From a virus, in UHGV virus genome UHGV-0198624: a stretch of DNA of 57,341 nucleotides. The stretch is one strand, 5' to 3'. A model generated the notes under the pieces. That model did not search any database and was not told where the DNA came from. It was given only the letters and a program-made list of their open reading frames with translations. Made by a program: the position numbers and the translations under genes. Positions 53,738-57,341 of the stretch are shown here, piece after piece; position 1 is the first letter of the stretch, and each line of letters starts with the position of its first letter.

Positions 53738-54376
53738 CTATCTCCTGTACATTTCTATTCTTTTCACTTTGGCTTCCAGAGCTGGAAATGTTTCTATAAT
53801 TTTTTTATAGTCGGAGGGGTACTGATTCTTTATGTAAAGAAGCCCGTAATCATCAGGAACGCTCAGGTCGTGCTGAAAACCGTTCCTGTACTCCTCGCCG
53901 ATAACCAAGTTATGAATCTTTACATAGGACGCCACCTGCTTTGACGTGAATTCTATTATCGGATAAAAAAACTTATTCCTCTCGTCAACAGAATCTATGC
54001 CCGACAAAATTCCGCGCCTTGTAAGTGATTCGCACCGTCTCGTTCCAAGGGCAATCCAGCTTGCATTGAACTCATGTCTCGAATCATTTATGCAGTCGCT
54101 CTGAACAATCTTTCTGCCAAGCATATATGACAAGGTAGACCAGCTCGGACGCCGCTCAATTTTTATTCCGTATTTTTTTTCATAAAAACATAGAATTCTT
54201 TCTTTGTACTCAAGATTAGGCACAAAATAGTAATAGACAAAAGTCATGTTGCCCTTGTAGTTCTTCATCATAAGGTCAAGCATGACAGCTGAATCCCTGC
54301 CTGTGGAAAAAGCCACAATGCAGGGATAGTCAAGGGCGGAAATATTTTTTATAGAGTAAAAAATATTTCTAATCAT
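53738..54376 (-). CDS. PAPS-reductase-like PP-loop adenylation enzyme
   Basis: FSTGRDS PP-loop; G.RR.ESLTRR; YPI. Confidence 0.85.
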   Translation of the reverse strand: MIRNIFYSIKNISALDYPCIVAFSTGRDSAVMLDLMMKNYKGNMTFVYYYFVPNLEYKERILCFYEKKYGIKIERRPSWSTLSYMLGRKIVQSDCINDSRHEFNASWIALGTRRCESLTRRGILSGIDSVDERNKFFYPIIEFTSKQVASYVKIHNLVIGEEYRNGFQHDLSVPDDYGLLYIKNQYPSDYKKIIETFPALEAKVKRIEMYRR

Positions 54377-54531
54377 CAGCCGGCGCTTGAACCAGAACCA
54401 CCTGCGCGCACACTGGACGTGTATTCCAGAGTGTCGTAGTAGTCTCTTTGATTTGATTGATAGCCACCGACAGGGCGACCAGACACAAACGTGTTCAGTC
54501 TTGATTTTGAGCTCATTTTTGGTCTTGCCAT
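54376..54531 (-). CDS. 51-aa peptide ending GGSGSSAG (not in ORF track)
   Basis: MARPKMSSKSRLNTFVSGRPVGGYQSNQRDYYDTLEYTSSVRAGGSGSSAG; AGAGG RBS; TGATG coupling to the enzyme. Confidence 0.75.
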   Translation of the reverse strand: MARPKMSSKSRLNTFVSGRPVGGYQSNQRDYYDTLEYTSSVRAGGSGSSAG

Positions 54532-54549
54532 TTTTTTACCTCTCTAAAT

Positions 54550-55119
54550 CTAATCATCCGGCAAGTCGACATGGGAAATATCGAATAGCCTCAACGCTCC
54601 TTTCACATTTACGGCCGGCGAATCGTAAAGAACCGGATTGTCAAGAATCCAGTGATAGCATCCGCTTTTAGCCCAACCGGAATCAAAATCCTGGATAATA
54701 TCAACTAAATCCACGTGTCCGATGATTGCGAAATTGACAAGCGCAAATTTCTTTGAATCCCTGCTTTGCTCTAAATTTTCTCCATACGCGCGGCGATATA
54801 AATCGTAAAGCCTTCCCATTGCCTTGTCAAAGCAAAGGCAGTCATCAAGCCTTGTATCTCCAAGCCTTTCCGCCTCCTGCTCAAACATCGCCTCTGTCGG
54901 ATTGTCTCCAAGGCGCTCAAGCAAGGCGCGCGTATCCTCAAGCAGTCCATCAGGAAGGAAATCCTTATTGACAAAATTCATATTTATTCCGCCGCCTGAA
55001 TGTATGTACAAACGGCCTCTGTAATCTGTTTTCCAAGTTCGGTTTTCAACCCTCTTGGCTCCGGTGCAGATCAGATAAGAGTATGGATTTTTCACCGACA
55101 AAGCTATTTTTTTCATCAT
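54550..55119 (-). CDS. ASCH domain protein
   Basis: LSVKNPY..LI..GAKRVENRTW.T.YRG.L.IH; AIIG.V.L.D; KG.L.LF. Confidence 0.9.
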   Translation of the reverse strand: MMKKIALSVKNPYSYLICTGAKRVENRTWKTDYRGRLYIHSGGGINMNFVNKDFLPDGLLEDTRALLERLGDNPTEAMFEQEAERLGDTRLDDCLCFDKAMGRLYDLYRRAYGENLEQSRDSKKFALVNFAIIGHVDLVDIIQDFDSGWAKSGCYHWILDNPVLYDSPAVNVKGALRLFDISHVDLPDD

Positions 55120-55123
55120 CTTT

Positions 55124-55175
55124 ATTTTATCCTATTCTTTAAAAAATATCAACAATAATTCGTATGTACGAATTA
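55124..55175 (-). promoter_or_regulatory. Promoter TTGATA-17-TAAAAT with 20-bp palindrome copy 3 just upstream of -35
   Basis: TAATTCGTATGTACGAATTA at 55156-55175. Confidence 0.75.
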
Positions 55176-55209
55176 AAAAAGGCTTCTGAAAAACCAGAAG
55201 CCTTTTTTT
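55175..55209. terminator. Bidirectional terminator, copy A
   Basis: A6-GGCTTCTG-loop-CAGAAGCC-T7. Confidence 0.85.
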
Positions 55210-55212
55210 AGT

Positions 55213-55428
55213 TTATTGCTCAAATTCATCCTCGCAAATCTCAAAGCGGCAGTCAATCCACTCTTTCGCCTCAGTGGATTTTGTCCAAGCCTCAGCTTCT
55301 GACTTAGTGTCAAAAAGCATAGCATTGTCCAGGCAGGCAGTGGGCTCATTGTCATAGCCGACCATTCCGACATCCTCAACAAAATTGTCAAAGTTCGTCC
55401 TTTCTGTATAAATGTAAAATTTTTTCAT
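55213..55428 (-). CDS. 71-aa acidic protein, anti-defence candidate
   Basis: AGGAGG RBS, consensus promoter, D/E-rich. Confidence 0.75.
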   Translation of the reverse strand: MKKFYIYTERTNFDNFVEDVGMVGYDNEPTACLDNAMLFDTKSEAEAWTKSTEAKEWIDCRFEICEDEFEQ

Positions 55429-55449
55429 AATTCCTCCTGTATGATTAAT

Positions 55450-55514
55450 AATATACACTTTTTTTTATATTATGTCAATGTATTGTTGACAGAATTAAAT
55501 AAATATTTTATATT
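55450..55514. promoter_or_regulatory. Back-to-back sigma70 promoters, both TTGACA-17-TATATT
   Basis: TGTCAA at 55473-55478 and TTGACA at 55486-55491. Confidence 0.8.
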
Positions 55515-55532
55515 CTTATCAAGAGGTATAAA

Positions 55533-56363
55533 ATGACAGTTTATGAAATCGTAACAGATAAAATCATCAAGCAGATGGAAAAAGGAATTATTCCATGGCA
55601 CAAGCCGTGGCATGGCGGTATAGCAAAATTCAACCGCGTAAGCAAAAAAGGCTATTCTGTTTTGAACCAGCTTCTTTTGCCTTTTGACGGCGAATATGCA
55701 ACGCTCAAACAGTGGAACGAGCTTGGCGGCAAGGTTAAGGCCGGAGAAAAAGGAAACATTGTTACTTACTGGAATTTTATTAACAAAACTGAAAAGCAGG
55801 AAGACGGAACTGAAAAAGTAAAATCTTTTCCAATTCTTCGCTATTACACTGTTTTTCATATTTCACAGGTTGAAGGTGTTAAACCTCTTGAAAACGTTAA
55901 TTTTGCCAACATGGAAGTTGAAAGTGCAGAAGACGTAAAGAACACTTATTTTAAGCGCGAAAGCTGCCGCCTTTTCGTGGAGAAATCAGACCGCGCATAC
56001 TACAGTCCTTCTTTTGACGAAGTTCATGTGCCGGAATTGAACCAGTTTGAAAACAGCGATGAATTTTATTCAACACTGTTTCACGAAATGACACATTCAA
56101 CAGGTGCTTCAATCAGACTTGACCGACTTTCAAACACTGCTTTCTTTGGCAGTGAAGATTATAGCAAGGAAGAACTTGTTGCAGAAATCGGAAGCGCAAT
56201 GCTTTCAAGTGTTGCCGGGCTGAACACAGAAAAAACTTTCAACAATTCCGTCGCTTATTTACAGAGCTGGCTTAAAGCTCTTAAAAACGATCCGCGCATG
56301 ATTGTAAGTGCGGCAAGCAAGGCCGAAAAAGCTGTTGATTATATCCTGTATGGAACAAAATAA
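55533..56363 (+). CDS. ardC: ArdC-family antirestriction protein (DUF1738 plus zincin-like domain)
   Basis: PW.KPW; T.KQW..LGG.V..GEKG; Y.VF...Q; HEMTHSTG; EELVAE; YLQSWL..L. Confidence 0.92.
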   Translation: MTVYEIVTDKIIKQMEKGIIPWHKPWHGGIAKFNRVSKKGYSVLNQLLLPFDGEYATLKQWNELGGKVKAGEKGNIVTYWNFINKTEKQEDGTEKVKSFPILRYYTVFHISQVEGVKPLENVNFANMEVESAEDVKNTYFKRESCRLFVEKSDRAYYSPSFDEVHVPELNQFENSDEFYSTLFHEMTHSTGASIRLDRLSNTAFFGSEDYSKEELVAEIGSAMLSSVAGLNTEKTFNNSVAYLQSWLKALKNDPRMIVSAASKAEKAVDYILYGTK

Positions 56364-56378
56364 GTTGCCTAAAAAAAC

Positions 56379-56398
56379 GGCGGGGTGAACACCCTGCC
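56379..56398. terminator. GC hairpin after ardC
   Basis: GGCGGGGTG-AA-CACCCTGCC preceded by an A-run. Confidence 0.5.
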
Positions 56399-56531
56399 AT
56401 GCAACTAAATCAAAAGTGCTACCAACGATATGCACAAGGCTTGGAAAAATGGAAAAAATTGACAGACAAGGAAAAACACGACCTTGTTATTTTTCCTGCC
56501 AATGATTTCAGGTTTGAAAAAATAAACATTC

Positions 56532-56590
56532 TGTCAATAATATATTGACAAAATGTAAAAAAAAAGTGTACATTTAATCATTAGGAGGAA
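56532..56590 (+). promoter_or_regulatory. Promoter/RBS block, inverted homologue of 55429-55495
   Basis: TGTCAA-N7-TTGACA-18-TACATT...AGGAGG. Confidence 0.75.
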
Positions 56591-56592
56591 AT

Positions 56593-56766
56593 ATGAAAAG
56601 AGAATTTGATGATGGTCTTTGTTGTGTTGTTGAAAGACAGAATGGCGTCGAGGTCTGTCTCTGTAGACTTGAAGGAGATAGGTTCGAGGAGGGCTTTTTT
56701 GTCGAGGGAGGCGACTTCGATAATGAAGTCGCATGGGTTAAGGAAATGGAAAGTCGTATAAAATGA
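56593..56766 (+). CDS. 57-aa acidic protein, anti-defence candidate (not in ORF track)
   Basis: MKREFDDGLCCVVERQNGVEVCLCRLEGDRFEEGFFVEGGDFDNEVAWVKEMESRIK. Confidence 0.7.
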   Translation: MKREFDDGLCCVVERQNGVEVCLCRLEGDRFEEGFFVEGGDFDNEVAWVKEMESRIK

Positions 56767-56773
56767 CTAAAAT

Positions 56774-56808
56774 AAAAAAGGCTTCTGAAAAAAACAGAAG
56801 CCTTTTTT
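56774..56808. terminator. Bidirectional terminator, copy B
   Basis: Same stem as copy A. Confidence 0.85.
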
Positions 56809-56811
56809 ATT

Positions 56812-57030
56812 TTAAATTGGCTCTCCAGTCTGCTTGTCGATGAAGCGGATTTCAAGGGAAGCCCCGAAAGCCTCCGCTATCTTCTCAAGCTCCACGCTTG
56901 AAAATCTGTTCGCCTTGAGCTTATTGCAAAGCCCCTGCGGTGTCATTCCGATTCGTTCCGCCAATTTTCGCATAGAGACACTGCCTTTTTTTACAGCGCA
57001 AATTTTTATATATTCTGTCAAATTTATCAT
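56812..57030 (-). CDS. Small XRE HTH regulator (Aca-like position)
   Basis: SMRKLAERIGMTPQGL.NKL....F...ELEKIAEA. Confidence 0.85.
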   Translation of the reverse strand: MINLTEYIKICAVKKGSVSMRKLAERIGMTPQGLCNKLKANRFSSVELEKIAEAFGASLEIRFIDKQTGEPI

Positions 57031-57135
57031 ACAAACTATAATAAATTAGTTTACAAAATAAATCAATCATTGAACAATAATTTTATAGCCGTTTTTTTCA
57101 CATACAAAAATTCTCCCTGCGTTGCATTTGCCGTC

Positions 57136-57166
57136 TGATAGCAAATATGATAGCAAATGTGGATAA
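57136..57166 (+). promoter_or_regulatory. Putative integrase arm sites (TGATAGCA x2) and a consensus DnaA box
   Basis: 57136-57143 and 57148-57155; TGTGGATAA at 57158-57166. Confidence 0.6.
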
Positions 57167-57280
57167 TTTTTATAAAAATCTGATAATCACTGATAAATAA
57201 CTTGATTAAAATAATTATCTATTTTATTATAAAGCAAAAATTTAAGGCTTGACACTGGAAAACTAAGGCTTCCGGCTTGT

Positions 57281-57302
57281 GGTTCGACTCCCTTCTGCCG
57301 CT
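57281..57302 (+). other. att core: 3' end of a tRNA, probably tRNA-Gly
   Basis: GGTTCGACTCCCTT-CTGCCGC-T is a T-loop, 3' T-stem and acceptor strand with U73; no 5' half upstream. Confidence 0.7.
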
Positions 57303-57341
57303 CTATTTATTTCATTATAATATAAAGAGTTACAAAGCGGA

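Noticed and set aside
57241..57310. Complete tRNA gene at the right end
   Set aside because: Only the T-loop and 3' strand are present; no matching 5' acceptor strand upstream

Overview
This window is an apparently complete ~57 kb temperate myophage genome with a PBSX/XkdK-M-type contractile tail. It reads as the excised circular form: a tyrosine integrase sits at the left end, and an attP-like site (a tRNA-Gly-like 3' fragment plus TGATAGCA arm repeats) is split across the two ends. The host is inferred to be a spirochaete such as Treponema, from the two-component spanin pair, a DUF261-like protein and the integrase type. This is inference from recalled family resemblance; no database search was run. 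Layout: integrase module (1-2.2 kb); leftward early/replication operon (2.2-22.2 kb) with a split C5 methyltransferase, MazG, ASCH, DnaC and initiator, PcfK/PcfJ interrupted by two Mpi-like serine recombinases, a tRNA-like RNA block, SSB, dUTPase and Bet; control region (22.2-25.3 kb) with four XRE repressors, each with its own operator set and leftward promoter, an amber-interrupted antirepressor with an attenuator-like leader, and a possible stand-alone origin; a self-contained nine-gene cassette of unknown function (26.4-29.9 kb); an invertase-driven two-way tail-fibre switch with 30-bp inverted repeats (29.9-32.1 kb); tail, head, lysis and packaging genes (32-53 kb); an ASCH / 51-aa Gly-tailed peptide / PP-loop enzyme / ParB operon upstream of the terminase (53-55 kb); and an ArdC island with twin promoter-ORF-terminator cassettes (55.2-57 kb). 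The best candidates for an undescribed system are the nine-gene cassette, the peptide/PP-loop/ParB operon and the serial repressor array. All functional calls come from motifs read by eye.
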